From: Paramoeba atlantica
Taxonomy: Eukaryota > Protista > Discosea
Direction: 5' to 3'
DNA: 64,000 nt
Assembly (NCBI GenBank): GCA_977017575.1
Contig: CDRNVI010000002.1
Location: forward strand, 248,001-312,000
In this document: positions 10,801 through 21,335 of the stretch, in pieces
Position numbering within the stretch: position 1 is the first letter of the stretch
Layout: every line of letters starts with the position of its first letter
Program-made: the position numbers and the translations under genes
The notes under the pieces: model-generated
Database searches by the model: none
What the model was told of the DNA's origin: nothing
What the model saw: the letters and a program-made list of their open reading frames with translations, nothing else

Positions 10801-11577
10801 CATCACAGCATCCCAGTCCTGGGTGAGTTGAACACCCACGAGTCTTTGAAAGTTCTCACCAGCGCGAGAGAAAACGAGTTGTGCCACAGCCGAATCCTTG
10901 CGCACGCCCTGTAATAAAATATGAAATTGTCGATCACCGACTCCACCTGTGGCCGTAATCACATCTGTAATTAGGCTCGCCATGTGCGAATCCGACAATT
11001 CGTACGACTTGCTGTGGTCTAGCAACGCATCGGTAAGTTTGGCAATACCTTCCTCATTAATATTACTCGGCGTAGCGGCGGCAGGCTGTTTTTTACACAG
11101 AGCGTATAGTACGTGCACGGTGCTGAGGCACTCCAAAAGGTGAACTAAATATGCACGGGGGAGCTGCTTTCTAGAGGAGCTGGAACGCATACGCTCAAAA
11201 GGCGATGTGAGAAGAACAAACGCATCGCTTGTCTTGTCTTCAGCAAAGGGAAACTGTGGAGCGACAACACGCAGAGCGTCACCCACGATACATGCGGCAA
11301 GAAGTACTATTTCAGCATTCACGTGCTGGGCAATTTCCTTTTTCAGGAGTTGATGCAAATACTCTGGAGGTAACGGGCCGGACTCTTTCTCTGGTACTTG
11401 GGGATATGAACTCATAAATTTTGCTTGCTCTATTAAATGAGAAAGCAGGCTCTTGGTATCGTGATTGCGAAAAATGGCAAGCGATGTTTGCGGCTTCGCT
11501 TTCTTGCGAGCTGGAGCCTGCTCCATCGAATCAAAGTCAATAACGTCCATGTGGCAAAAAATCGTATTGAAATACAA
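7831..11577 (-). CDS. PDS5: Sister chromatid cohesion protein PDS5 (HEAT repeats)
   Basis: AACIVGDALRVVAPQFPF, RYWDARVGNR, RCRDKKASVR, WIPNEILHVY and YLLPPLLYALSHHP match PDS5; 1248 aa. Confidence 0.85.
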   Translation of the reverse strand: MYFNTIFCHMDVIDFDSMEQAPARKKAKPQTSLAIFRNHDTKSLLSHLIEQAKFMSSYPQVPEKESGPLPPEYLHQLLKKEIAQHVNAEIVLLAACIVGDALRVVAPQFPFAEDKTSDAFVLLTSPFERMRSSSSRKQLPRAYLVHLLECLSTVHVLYALCKKQPAAATPSNINEEGIAKLTDALLDHSKSYELSDSHMASLITDVITATGGVGDRQFHILLQGVRKDSAVAQLVFSRAGENFQRLVGVQLTQDWDAVMEKLLECDLSEGTRQAQQKKVMEEFADIVRLVTKIANASPRCVGQALASIVEFLKSENVDLRSILIKALCKLYSSVPVLLLECSQPSQLFLTRYWDARVGNRNEMVKFGGIVLAKTVHLPYHSQLWNVLSDPLQSKLIDAEESVRRNAVNVILTSAGSSTPQGLLKAVGTRCRDKKASVRIAAINQLANLFGTSSIPASVKQWIPNEILHVYVTDDGTNRSSVELALSSMIRSSPSFIDLCCSLDRYAVKVMEEILGRMGRLRTVVKKVLSSRSEKISRDDMDKLINFLSKAIPSSTGDAKTEWISLINIKDEKIAREFAQLKGQSEWKSAVELTRRVQANVRKEAGSYFEKDVLPRIVLPLSVDAVDIAIDNIKRNTKMEPAIRALIFMSINDPQTLESIHDFLTEFTLNNVQDWLTTERSKTVSTSSPARRPRSSLASQQKLITEPEDTLTLLLHLLYTVSTGSTLSTKKYCPTHELVQKLGKLCMNASINSSYLCKFAAKTFRVCALSFPKALDQMLAAINEKLKTESMEFVHLTITLREVLLSGSSTLSAPVVENLIHLAHTCTVSSEPHAALSLQAVLRVLTAHVQAQGPDGSADALRFTELFIDMLKTSQRMPDTASPVDKRLALCKQLLRLLRLPHARAALQSNPHLSNALHVALSADDHKSNRRTLQRKLHTHLCLTHQLPLSCTTHLLCSALLETDRSNLSFLRQSITHVLHRFRTTLAGASPPVALTHPSAVALYPEYLLPPLLYALSHHPLYDHELDPRHSLGSFQRVLVLFLEPVLRGSQCASVPFLRELLRRMRQQRDRYAVGAEGGVRLQVLCDLTEGVMGEVLRQQTVGVGRERGGGGYGGRGWEGAVRLPKGLEPREGGEGGERVYLPQGFTVMKLGFGGSGSVGSWGCRGGKEGGGGGEGGEERSWSVRSRSGSVSLLGTPKGRGGGGGGGGTEVEEVVRRRYGGLSEEALSELSWKRVRGEIAQALGVEKLD

Positions 11578-11791
11578 TGAATCATACTTTCAAGAGAGAG
11601 CTCAAAATTTAACCTGCTATATTAATTCTGTTTTTACAAAGTGACCCAAAAAATATGGGATGAATTTAAGCTTAGTTAAAATAAGAAAAAGAAACTCGTT
11701 TCTTGGTTTTTTTAAAAGGGGAAAACAGCAATAGTCGTGATATAGGGGTATGCTCCGATCGAAATGCCAACAGACAGTGGATGTAATGAGA

Positions 11792-12499
11792 TCATGTTTT
11801 TCGAGCATGTACATGATCCCGGTGAGCAACGTATTCCATTGAGGCTTTAATTAAAGGCTTAAACAGGTCTCGAAGCCTGTTGCCTAAGAGATCCACAGCG
11901 GCTTGGTCTCGACAATCTCGATTCCACACACTCAGTCTCGCGCCGCTGGTTCGACGGGAGAACACAATGCCGACGACAGTCTCTGTGGGGTTGTCTTTTT
12001 CAAGCGCGCCGCCCACCACAGCCATAACCAGCTTCTCCCACAGAGCATCGTACAGAGGACGCTGACTTCGGGTCAAGCTGCAGGTCCATTTTCCACCCGA
12101 CTCGTTGGCCGCATCTTCCCACATGGGGCGAATGCCGTCGCGAAAGTAGTAGTAGGTACACCCGGACGGTGTCTTATCGACAACCCAGGAAGGTATGGAG
12201 TACGGAGGTTGCATTCTGCGAAACATCTGCCAAAACGTTTCTACAGTAGAAAAGCTGTCCACTCTCCGGAGTTGACTTTCCCACGTATCCGACCCAGCAG
12301 CTTCAGATTGTGCCTCTGGATGGCCATGTGGCTTAGACCCAGAAATAAAACCGAATCGCCATATCGTCCACGTGGAGGACAGGGGATGGGTGCCCATGGT
12401 TGATACTGGGGTATGTGTGGCGTGCCGTCCAGATCCCGATAATTTATCTTCATCTAATTCTAAGAGCTCGCCTTCAATATTATCAAGATCATCAAACAT
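11792..12499 (-). CDS. EIF4E: Translation initiation factor eIF4E
   Basis: HPLSSTWTIW, FSTVETFW, YYFRDGIRPMWED, GGKW, LWEKLVMAVVG, RLSVWNRD. Confidence 0.93.
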   Translation of the reverse strand: MFDDLDNIEGELLELDEDKLSGSGRHATHTPVSTMGTHPLSSTWTIWRFGFISGSKPHGHPEAQSEAAGSDTWESQLRRVDSFSTVETFWQMFRRMQPPYSIPSWVVDKTPSGCTYYYFRDGIRPMWEDAANESGGKWTCSLTRSQRPLYDALWEKLVMAVVGGALEKDNPTETVVGIVFSRRTSGARLSVWNRDCRDQAAVDLLGNRLRDLFKPLIKASMEYVAHRDHVHARKT

Positions 12500-12693
12500 C
12501 GGTAATCCGAAAAAAAGGTCTGAAAACTCCTCTTTGATTAAGTATAAATAAATCGTCTTACAATGTAAGATACATTGTTGAACTGCAGTACCCTGTTGAT
12601 CCTAACATTCAGATTATTTCAATAGTTACTATACATGTGAGCGGCTGCGGGTGAAATCTCGATGAAACCCCGCTACCCACAGCCCCTCATGTA

Positions 12694-13583
12694 CAGGGGG
12701 TGACACTTGAACCTGGGGGGTCTAAGATTTGTAAAAACAGCTCAGCTTTGAAGAATAATGCGGCGTTGGAGAGCTCTCTCCGAGTTGTTTGCCTTCGGCG
12801 TATTCGGACCGCCCAAGTTAAACAAATTAATTCGAAGACAAAAAAACATGGGTTTTTCATGTGAAAAATTGTTGATTTTTCTTTTTTCCCCTTTTTATGA
12901 CACAAAAGCGAGTTCGCTCGAGGACATCGCATGGTACATTGTCTGCCTGATCGTATTCTTCTCCCACAAAGCTCCACAATGCTTCTAGTAGCAGAGTATG
13001 AGCAAACACAGTCTTTCTACCGAACATCTTAGAACTTTAGGGTGCACGAAGACACTATAAAGCGATGGATTGAACGCCATTTGGCGACTGGGGATATCGA
13101 AAGTCACGTTCCTTTGCGTGCTTCCCTTGTTTCCACTCCTCTCCTCAAGGAAACAGCGTTAAAAGTAAATGGTGACGGTCAGGGATGTGACTTACATGTA
13201 CAGAGTATGTCATTCCGTCCTTGAGAGAACTCCTAAGGGAGCTGCATCGACGAGAATTTTTGTGTCCTATGCGGACTTAGCGGAGATTGTCAAAGAAAAA
13301 TTCTAAGGAATATTTAATCAAAGAAGGAGATAATCAAAGTTCCTTTTTAGCACCTCACAAGATTCGCCGAGTGCAATTCGCGAACGACATGATGCAGCTC
13401 TCCGATAAAGCTCTCGAGGAAATTGTTTTTTCTGACCAAAAAAAATATTGTTGCAAAGCATCAGCGAAATTGCTTTGTACTAAGACATGTAACTCTGAGA
13501 GAGCTCTGCAATGCGCTATTCTTTTTGAAAATTGGGAAGTTTTTACAAGTTTTAGACCCCCCAGGTGCAAGTGACACCCCCTG
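12694..13583 (+). mobile_element. Tc1/mariner (Tc3-like) internally deleted element, 890 bp, TA target duplication
   Basis: TA at 12692-93 and 13584-85. TIRs CAGGGGGTG(A/T)CACTTG(A/C)ACCTGGGGGGTCTAA... extend imperfectly about 90 bp. Internal remnants TIKRWIERHLATG (HTH) and HKIRRVQFA...IVFSDQKK (first D). Confidence 0.85.
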
Positions 13584-13635
13584 TATACACATACATGAGG
13601 GGCTGCGGCTACACAGCCATGAGGGGCTGCGGGTC

Positions 13636-13734
13636 GCGGGTTCGGCGCGGGTTCGGTGCGGGTTCGGTGCGGGTTCGGTGCGGGTTCGGTGCGGGTTCGG
13701 TGCGGGTTCGGTGCGGGTTCGGTGTGGGTTTGGC
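13636..13734 (+). repeat. Tandem repeat, 11-bp unit GCGGGTTCGGT, about 9 copies
   Basis: Read directly; two more related units near 14855-14876, beside the putative right TIR. Confidence 0.9.
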
Positions 13735-13919
13735 ATCGGCTGAGGCCTTCTCAAGCTCAGGTCAACTTTGCAGAAAACGCAGGCTTTGAAGCACAAGACT
13801 AACCAAAGGAGAAAGAATAAAATTTCGTATGTAGTAGAATTGCAGTGTTAGACCCTAAACTTTCGTTTTCAGGGTTTGTAAAAGGTTTATAAAAGCAAGA
13901 TTATATATATTTCCCCTCT

Positions 13920-14180
13920 TGCAATAAGCCACAAGATCATCAGACCTTGGGCCCCGAAGTTGTGGCAAAATGTGCGAAGCGTGGGTTAGACCAAAGGAGA
14001 GTCCAAGAAGCTTGCTGTGTCTACGAAGGGTGGACAGTATGCCAACGGAAACTGACATTCGCACTTGTGGCCCAGATGCTCTGCATAATACAGCAAAGCT
14101 TTACTGTGGGCAAGTCGAAAGTTTATCGTCGTGCGGCAACTTCTGTTGCGGAATACCACAGCCCTTCAGTGTGTTAACGG
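13920..14180 (+). pseudogene. Decayed transposase fragment, possibly hAT; paralogous to 37380-37620
   Basis: Nucleotide similarity to 37380-37620. Both translate to CAKR.LDQ.RV.E..C..YEGWTV.Q.KLT; EGWT resembles the hAT DGWT first-aspartate motif. Confidence 0.35.
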
Positions 14181-14980
14181 CTTTTTCACTCTTTTAACGT
14201 CAAATATTACATCTGCAACATTGGCTCCCTACCCACGAACGCGAGATACGCTCGAAGGTGAATTTGATCGCTTGATCAGTGATTCGGGACGACAAGTCCA
14301 AGAAGATCCTGGGAAAGCTCAGCTTCGCAAAAATACAAGCATATCCGAGTATTCCGTCAAGCAATAAATCGGATTCACTTTTCGGAAACGCACGCAGAAC
14401 GTGAATTTGGCGACATGCTTCACATCGAGAATAAGAAGCGTCATCTTGCAAATGATCTGTTGGAAGGTAGGGTGCGTGTGCTTTTTAACAACCCACGAAA
14501 TCTTAATCGACACAAGGTACGCTTGTCCCCCGAAGAAGCACTACCCGCTTATCCCTCGGAGTACAACACACGTACCACTGGGTGAAGCTACTTCAAGGAA
14601 AACTCACAAATAATTTCTTCTACTATTGGATCTTCACGTTGCGTGCAAGGCACTGGATGACTTGCAGATTGTTCGGTGATGGGAAGACAGAAATTAATTA
14701 TTACTGATACTGACTTCAGACGATAGGAAAAGTTGTTTAAGTACAAAATATCAGAAGTCAATGCTCAAGAAAGGACTGTATCGGCATTTTCTTCACCGGG
14801 ATTCCATATGCTAAAAAACTGGAAAATGGTTCATTTTGACCCCAAATGCGAAGCGCGGGTTCGGTGGGGGTTCGGTGATGCACACCCGCAGCCTCTCACC
14901 TACATGTATACATGTAGGTGTATCGTGAATATTATTGTCCATAATTAAAATTCTCTCAAACCGTCGCTTTACAAAACAAT

Positions 14981-15057
14981 TCAGAAAGTCTGATGCCTAG
15001 GCTGAATCATAGGGTCGAAGTTATGACTTTGCCCTAGCCAAAAAAATAAGTCATCAT
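14981..15057 (-). ncRNA. Box C/D snoRNA candidate, family A copy 1 (predicted SSU rRNA guide)
   Basis: On the minus strand: ATGATGA (C) ... ATGATT (C') ... GGCATCAGACTTT-CTGA (D), 77 nt. The guide can form 12 bp (one G-U) with conserved SSU AAGUCUGGUGCC. Same strand as host genes. Confidence 0.65.
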
Positions 15058-15427
15058 GCAAAAAGAAGAAATTCGTTGAGTTTAATAAACTTTCATTTGT
15101 TGGCTGCTTCGTTAAAAACGTGAAAACTGTCCCCGCCTCTAAGCAACTTAAGTTCAATCAAGCACTTGAATAATGCACTAAAATACAAAATAAATGATAA
15201 AAATCATAGTTTTTTGCAGAACTTTCGGGTAAAGGCTTCATCACATCTTTTCATGATGCCATATCGATTTCGAGATCTGTTTAATGCTGAAGGAATTAGG
15301 CTAAAAGCTCGTGCCACACAAATTTTGGACCCCCACCTTTTTCGTGCCCCCCCTCCCTGTAAAGTTATATCGTGAATACTTTTTTTCTGACTTAAATTTC
15401 TCTCAAAGCACCTCATTACAAATTAAC

Positions 15428-15504
15428 TCAGAAAGTCTGATGCCTAGGCTGAATCATAGGGTCGAAGTAAAGACTTTTCCCTAGCCAAAAAAAGAAATCA
15501 TCAT
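15428..15504 (-). ncRNA. Box C/D snoRNA candidate, family A copy 2
   Basis: Second copy 447 bp away; high identity starts at the D box and ends just past the C box; D-guide identical. Confidence 0.65.
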
Positions 15505-15509
15505 GCAAC

Positions 15510-16245
15510 ATGAATGGAAGCGACTCCAACGTAGGAAATGCTGCCCTTCATCAAGAAGAAACTACCAACTACGAGTTCTCAAAAGTTCAAGTCGATGAAA
15601 CCTACATTGGGAAAAGGAAATACAACCGCGGAGGACGACAACGAAAGGAGGACTGGTGGTTTGTAAATATTTCGGTAAATATTCGAGGTGATCGGACGCA
15701 AAACTTGAAAAGCCCATTGGAAATTAGTTAAGACACGCGACAAAATCCCCTTGGAGAATTTTACTCTGCCGCTGGTAACAAGTGCACGCTCCCTCGCGGT
15801 TTCAGATTGTTGGGGTGGGTACGTTGATTTCGGGGAATACTGTACACACTTTGCAGTTAATCATATTATCAATATGATAATATTTAAGGAGTTCGTTGAG
15901 GCCTACGGATATCATACAAATAATACCGAAGGCGTACACAGTACCACGACGTGGGTAAAGCAGCAGCACCACGTATTCGGAATGACTTCGATGGACCTGA
16001 AAAGGAACGTTGCACTTCAGTGCATCAAGTTTGGGTCCTTCCATAATCAGCGGAGAAAAGCGTGGAGAATTCGTTTAATCGAATTGTTGAACTGCATAAA
16101 AGACCACTATGGGTATGAAGCAAACGATCAGTTGGAAGATGTAAGCGAAAGTTATTGGAGTAAGGCGCCCCCCGACAGCGAGGACATTTTGATTAATAAG
16201 GAATCAAGCGGTGATGTCGAAGAAGATGGATTCTTAGAAGAGTAA
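15510..16245 (+). pseudogene. Merlin (IS1016/IS1595, ISXO2-like) transposase remnant
   Basis: VQVDETYIGKRKYNRG, SDCWGGY, VNH and HTNNTEG motifs split over two ORFs; TIRs not found. Confidence 0.8.
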
Positions 16246-16440
16246 AAGCGAGAACAACGTTTTGTACATAGGCATTTAAAGTGTACTGATCACCTCAGCT
16301 AGTGCGCTCGACCTCGGCTTCCAGGCGCTCCGAACCTTTGTGTTTTTTTTGCTTTTAGTCACTTTATAATAGAAGAAAAAAATACAAAAGAGGCCCCGGT
16401 GGTCCAAAACTGAAAATTAAATTTCAAAAAAAAATGCGCG

Positions 16441-16615
16441 GTCCAGGGGAGATCAAGGGTGGGATCAAGGGGGGGGAGGTCAAGGGGGGGGGCAAAGAGG
16501 GGGGGTCAAGAGGGGGGTCACAGGGGGGGCAAGGGGGGGGGCAAGGAGGGGGGGTCAAGGGGGGGGTCAAGGGGGGTCCATGCGGGGGTCAAGGGGAGGC
16601 CCATGGGGGGGCATA
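16441..16615 (+). repeat. G-rich degenerate minisatellite, (G5-8)TCAA-like units
   Basis: About 14 G-runs separated by TCAA/CAA/TCAC spacers. Confidence 0.85.
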
Positions 16616-16829
16616 CTTTTTGAAATTTTCAAAATTTTAAATTTAAAAATCGAGCGCAGGGAGGTGGTAGAGTATGCCGCGGCGATGATTTTCGACCCCC
16701 ATGTTTGGGGGTGACCCGACCTCGTACGCGCAGGAGGGGTCCGTCAAGGTCAAAATTTCCGAACTTTTTGGGATCACGGAATAAAAGCTGTTCAAAAAAA
16801 AACGTTAAACCACTTTTTCCCCAAAATCG

Positions 16830-17066
16830 ATTCCTAAGTCGAATTTTGAGAGTTTGGGACCTCAACTACCATTCTGTGTCGTTTTTTCGTCAGATGCGTC
16901 TCCTAACCCTACTGGTAAACCCTCAAAAATGGCCTAAACTCGGGGTAAATTTTTTCATGTTTCGCCTAAGAATCGGGCTATTTCAGAATCGAGGAACACG
17001 AATTCTTCGTGGTTTTTTGGTAACTTTTCTTCTTTGGCTCTTCGTTAAACGCGGAGGTAGTTTTGA
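16830..17066 (+). repeat. Dispersed repeat family R (body TTTTGAGAGTTTGG...CTACTGGTAA..., ending CGTTAAACGCGGAGGTAGTTTT)
   Basis: Related copies or parts at 34285-34570 (+), 40616-41070 (-), 41860-41950 (+), 44486-44560 (-) and 45210-45440 (-). Confidence 0.75.
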
Positions 17067-17079
17067 AGTTTTAAGAAAC

Positions 17080-17600
17080 TGCTCAGGGAAATTGGTGTTG
17101 TAGCACGACACGCACCCATGGCTCCTCACCTCAAACAAAGACATAAAGATGCCCGTCTGAAGCTTGCAAAAGAGCTGCAGCATTGGAGCACAGAGCAATT
17201 GTCACGCATCATCTGGTATGACAAGAAAATATTTCACTGCGGCTGTCGAAGCAACCGAAACCACTTTTGTCGAATCACCGACGTACCCATTGAAGCACCC
17301 AAAGGAATAGATAAGTGGTCCGATGGTCCTGGTATCATGGTGTGGATGGGAGTAAGTTTGAAGTACGGAAATCCATTACTTCGATAAACCAGGGGTAACA
17401 ATCACAGGTCAAATTTTTGAAGATGCGAAGAAACGTGGGGGCTTTTCTTCGTTTCTCAAGCGTCACCACGGGGCCATAGTCGCGATGGATAACGCAACTG
17501 TGCGCAATCGAACACGTCGTTTGTTTGCAGGGGCCGGCATTAAGATGCTTGATTGGCCGGGAAGTCCACCGACTTGAATCCGATCGAATGTACGTGCCCA
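17080..17600 (+). pseudogene. Tc1/Tc3-like DDE transposase remnant
   Basis: PHLKQRHKDARLKLAK, IIWYDKKIF and GIMVWMGVS, then frameshifted DNATV and LDWPGSP...LNPIE-like motifs. Confidence 0.75.
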
Positions 17601-17649
17601 GACGGCCATAGAGGGAACAAGAAATCTGCTCCATGCAGCGCTTGGGACT

Positions 17650-18560
17650 CACGGTATGCCAAGATCTGATCTTTCTCCTGGACATTCAGTTTGTCGCGGA
17701 ACGCCTTCTTATCGACCCGATCTTAGAGCGTGCCTGCGCATACGCGGGAAGAGGCAGCAACGTGCACGGCTCGCGCTGCATTCGTCAATCTCTTACAGCT
17801 GCAAAGAGCCGCTATTTTTCCAGCAGCGAACCGTCACTGGTTCTTGCTGCTCTTCGGCATAAGATAATAATAATTATCGGAACGCATGAGGATCCCCGTT
17901 GTGGAGAAGCCATTCGTGTACCTAGCGCAGCCCGGCTTCTGCAGCGATCCCTGGATCACGGCGTATATGAAACGGCAAGTATGTGACGCCGCCGCCGGAT
18001 GCCCGGAGTGGGCCTATTATGCAAAGACCCTGACAGAAATTTCACCAGGTGTCCCCTTTTTGAAAGCGAAGGACGATGGGGTGCGTCTAAGGGTCTGAAC
18101 CCTGCTCTGCAAGCTCGGAGGGATAGTCACGTGCTTTCGGCTGCGTCACGAAGTCGTCACAGTGTCTTGCGATGTCCTTGAATCCCCTACGTTGGACAAA
18201 ACCGTTGACGCCAACAACGAATCCATTGTTGCTCACCTTGCGACCCATTCTCGGGCGGTATCTCTAGTTCACCGATCCCTTCCGTACGAACTTTGACCTG
18301 CAAGCCCCTGTTCGCCGCCTGAAGAAACCAGCGACCAACCGGGGCAATCTGGTATCCTTCACTTTCCTACACTGCTCCCAGCAGCAAATGTTTGGTACTA
18401 TGCCCCGCCCAGCTCTGCGGCCATCAAGTCCTGCTCGTTATACCTCATTATCAAGCTCACATACCCAAGCTCTTCTCGATAAATGCTCAAATGTGCAAAG
18501 ATTCGGAGCCTTTTCTATAACATGTGGGCCGTCCTCAATAAAGCCCGGAAGTGTAATATT
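17650..18560 (+). pseudogene. hAT-like transposase remnant (C-terminal dimerisation domain)
   Basis: Manual translation near 18360-18530 gives FPTLLPAANVWYYAPPSSAAIK...IRSLFYN, resembling hATC FP.L...A...L..P.SSA..ER; multiple stops and frameshifts. Confidence 0.4.
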
Positions 18561-19746
18561 TCAATACCAGAGTATGCGGCATTCTGTATATAGCATGGGG
18601 TTTACTGTGTACGCCCCCGTTCACCCTGTTTTGCCCCGGATTATGCAGCTCGAAAAAATGCTTGAAACTGTATAAATACTTTACTGTGTATAGACTGGGG
18701 AAACAGGAATTCAGAACAGAAAGTTTGCCCCAAGGGCTTCGAGGTTGTCCCTTGGTGTTTCAAGGTCGACAAGTCCATACAATTGAACTAAAGACGCAGA
18801 AAAGTAAAAATCGTAGCGTACAGTTGTCATGAACCCATAGTCGTATTATCCAGTGATGGTTTGCAGTTTTATCAAACTCGGATAATACTCCCTTGTATTG
18901 TAAAAGTGAAGCATGAACACACGTTAAAGAAAGCCACTTACTTGCTTTTCGTTTATAACAGATTGTCTGCACGTCCATCACTATCAAACAACGATCTGAT
19001 TATGAAATGTCCACACAAGTAAAAAAGACCATGCAAATGTATGGCAGTACTAACGCAGTCCCTGGCTTCCTTCGCAAGGTTATATTCCTCTTTATTTGAG
19101 AGTGTGCAGGTCATCGATTCCAAGTCATATAAAGAAATAAATTTTTGTGCTTTATTATCAAAACGTTAAACTATACCTCCACAGAATGATGCCCCACAAC
19201 GTACCTGAGAATAATCTGTTGGGCTCCCCTCGATAATATCCAACGAACTACATACATGTATTACCAAACATCGTTTAACAATTATCGAAAATGGCCAAAG
19301 ACATTGCGCATGGTTTTGCTCACTTGCCAAATTCCACCGTGTACTTTCTATCACGTATAGAATCGAACTCCAGAATGAAATATTGCTGATAAATGATGCA
19401 CTGATTAATGTGAATAAATCGGATCACCCTCACAAGAACCATGAAATCGTTTGAACGAGCAAACACTATCAAGCGCGTGCTTATTGCCTTTCATGACTTG
19501 AAAAGTACATTGCAGTACGTCATTTTTCCATCTCGAGATGTCATCGTCGTGAAGTGCCCAAATTTAGTTACTGCGGGACATTAAACCGCTGATCGCTCAC
19601 TTCGGCTACTGGACTCCAGGCTTCTATTCTTAAGATAATATCATAAGTAAAACGCAAAGCAGGAAGTCTCACCTTCTTAAATAGAAATTTAGCGTCAGAA
19701 TAACAAAACAAAACATACAAACTACGCAATACAAACTTTTTATCAC

Positions 19747-21090
19747 CTAATTAAGTTCTTCAATAATATTATCCTTCATATTATTTCCATCCGAATATAC
19801 TACCTTCCGCGATCCTTCCTGGGGCGCGGACAATCCAGTTTCCCTACTCTCTGTGTTTCTGACATCGATATTCCCCTTCGGAGAGCCACTTCTCCCCACA
19901 CGACGTCGTGTGATGGCATTGATATCAGTTACCGGTGGGAGTTCAGCGTTTGCGCACCCCATCGGTTCCTCCGAAAAGAAGGGGTGTTCTAGTGCCTCTT
20001 TTGCAGATGGCCTTTGCCGTGGGTCCCAGTGAAGCAGCAACAATAAAAAATCTACCCCCAGTGGAGACAAGCGTGACCCAAATCGTGCCGCTACCGTATT
20101 TTCTGTGGGGTTTGCACACGGGAGTTGCGACAAAATCGCCTTTCCCATTTTTGTCCCTCTGTACAAATCCAAACAACACGGCACCCCGAGAAGCTCAAAA
20201 AGCTCTCGAATTAACTCAGTTTCCGCCTCTACGCTGTCCGGAACAAACGGAGGCCGGGCACATCTTCCCACCAGCGTGGATCCCAGGAGTAGCTCCGCGA
20301 ACACAACCCCGACACCCCAGAGATCGAGCGCTGCGCTGTAGAGATGCCTCGCGCGGAACACCACCTCCGGGCTGCGGTAGATCATGGTCATCACGTGAGC
20401 CGTCCAAGCCTCTGGGGGAAGCGCGACCCCTCCAAAATGCCGGACCAGACCGAAATCGCAAATTTTAAGTCCCCCATGGGCGTCGAGCAGTAAATTCGAG
20501 GTTTTAATATCCCGGTGCACCACCCAGTTATGGTGGAGGTGGGCTAGACCGTGTAGAAGTTGCTGGGTGAGATTTTTAACCTGAGCAAGCGTGAGCCGGG
20601 GCTCCGAGCTCAGCTCTCGCATCCACACCTTAACATCGGCGGGGCAATACTCCATCACGAGAAAGACCTCCGAGGGGTCATCCCCGGTACACACCTCCAC
20701 CACCCGCACGAGATTCGTATGGGAACATCCGAGCAGGACGTTAATCTCCCGGAGAAGGTAGTGAGGGAACCCCCCGCGGTGGTTGTGGATGTGCTCGGGT
20801 TTAATTCGCTTCACGGCATAGATTTCAGCGCTTGAGGGTTTAGCCTCCGTAGTCGTCGTCTTCATGGCTCGAAAAACAACCCCGTAGGAGCCCTCAGAGA
20901 TGGTGTTGAGTTTCTTGTACTTGGAGATGTGCTCACAACGACGGAGGTACCGGGGAGGGGTCGTGCGGGGCCAGGAGAGACGGGTTTCGGTGGAAATGTT
21001 TTCACTCAGAAGTTGCAGCACGCTTTGAGGGCGCACAGGGGCGCTGCTTTGTGAAATATCCTGGAGGAAGGAATCAATATCGTTACCCAT
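19747..21090 (-). CDS. CRK9: Cyclin-dependent kinase, CDK11/CDK10-like; probable kinetoplastid CRK9
   Basis: RCEHISKYKKLNTISEGSYGVVFRA, a PSTAIRE box of GFPHYLLRE (CRK9-type, from recollection), HRDIKTSN and DFG. Confidence 0.7.
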   Translation of the reverse strand: MGNDIDSFLQDISQSSAPVRPQSVLQLLSENISTETRLSWPRTTPPRYLRRCEHISKYKKLNTISEGSYGVVFRAMKTTTTEAKPSSAEIYAVKRIKPEHIHNHRGGFPHYLLREINVLLGCSHTNLVRVVEVCTGDDPSEVFLVMEYCPADVKVWMRELSSEPRLTLAQVKNLTQQLLHGLAHLHHNWVVHRDIKTSNLLLDAHGGLKICDFGLVRHFGGVALPPEAWTAHVMTMIYRSPEVVFRARHLYSAALDLWGVGVVFAELLLGSTLVGRCARPPFVPDSVEAETELIRELFELLGVPCCLDLYRGTKMGKAILSQLPCANPTENTVAARFGSRLSPLGVDFLLLLLHWDPRQRPSAKEALEHPFFSEEPMGCANAELPPVTDINAITRRRVGRSGSPKGNIDVRNTESRETGLSAPQEGSRKVVYSDGNNMKDNIIEELN

Positions 21091-21335
21091 TAGGGAGAGG
21101 GGTGAAGTCTTGGAACCGGAGTGGACATGAAGGGTGGTGTGAAGGTTGAAAGTAGGAAAAAGAAGACCTTAAAAGGTTCATTTTTAATTCATTGTAGTAG
21201 AGTAATTTGTAAGACATATTTTTATCCCCGCGATGTCAACTTCATATATAGGAAAGTACTGAAGAAAAAGTTCGACCCCCATCACTGCACATGAAGGTAA
21301 TTTTCACAAAAGGTTCATGACCAAAGCATACATGT

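Larger units (their letters stand above)
12638..14898. mobile_element. Putative non-autonomous element bounded by TGAG(C/A)GGCTGCGGGTG inverted repeats, host to nested insertions
   Basis: tgagcggctgcgggtg at 12638 versus cacccgcagcctctca at 14883-14898. An alternative left end gaggggctgcgggt lies at 13621. No TSD found. Confidence 0.4.

Noticed and set aside
13636-13734. Regular repeat array considered as CRISPR
   Set aside because: Head-to-tail 11-mers without unique spacers; no cas genes; eukaryotic context.
13869-13942. Minus-strand CTGATGA...CTGA spacing compatible with a snoRNA
   Set aside because: Non-canonical C box, no recognisable rRNA complement, and not conserved in the paralogous 37380 region.
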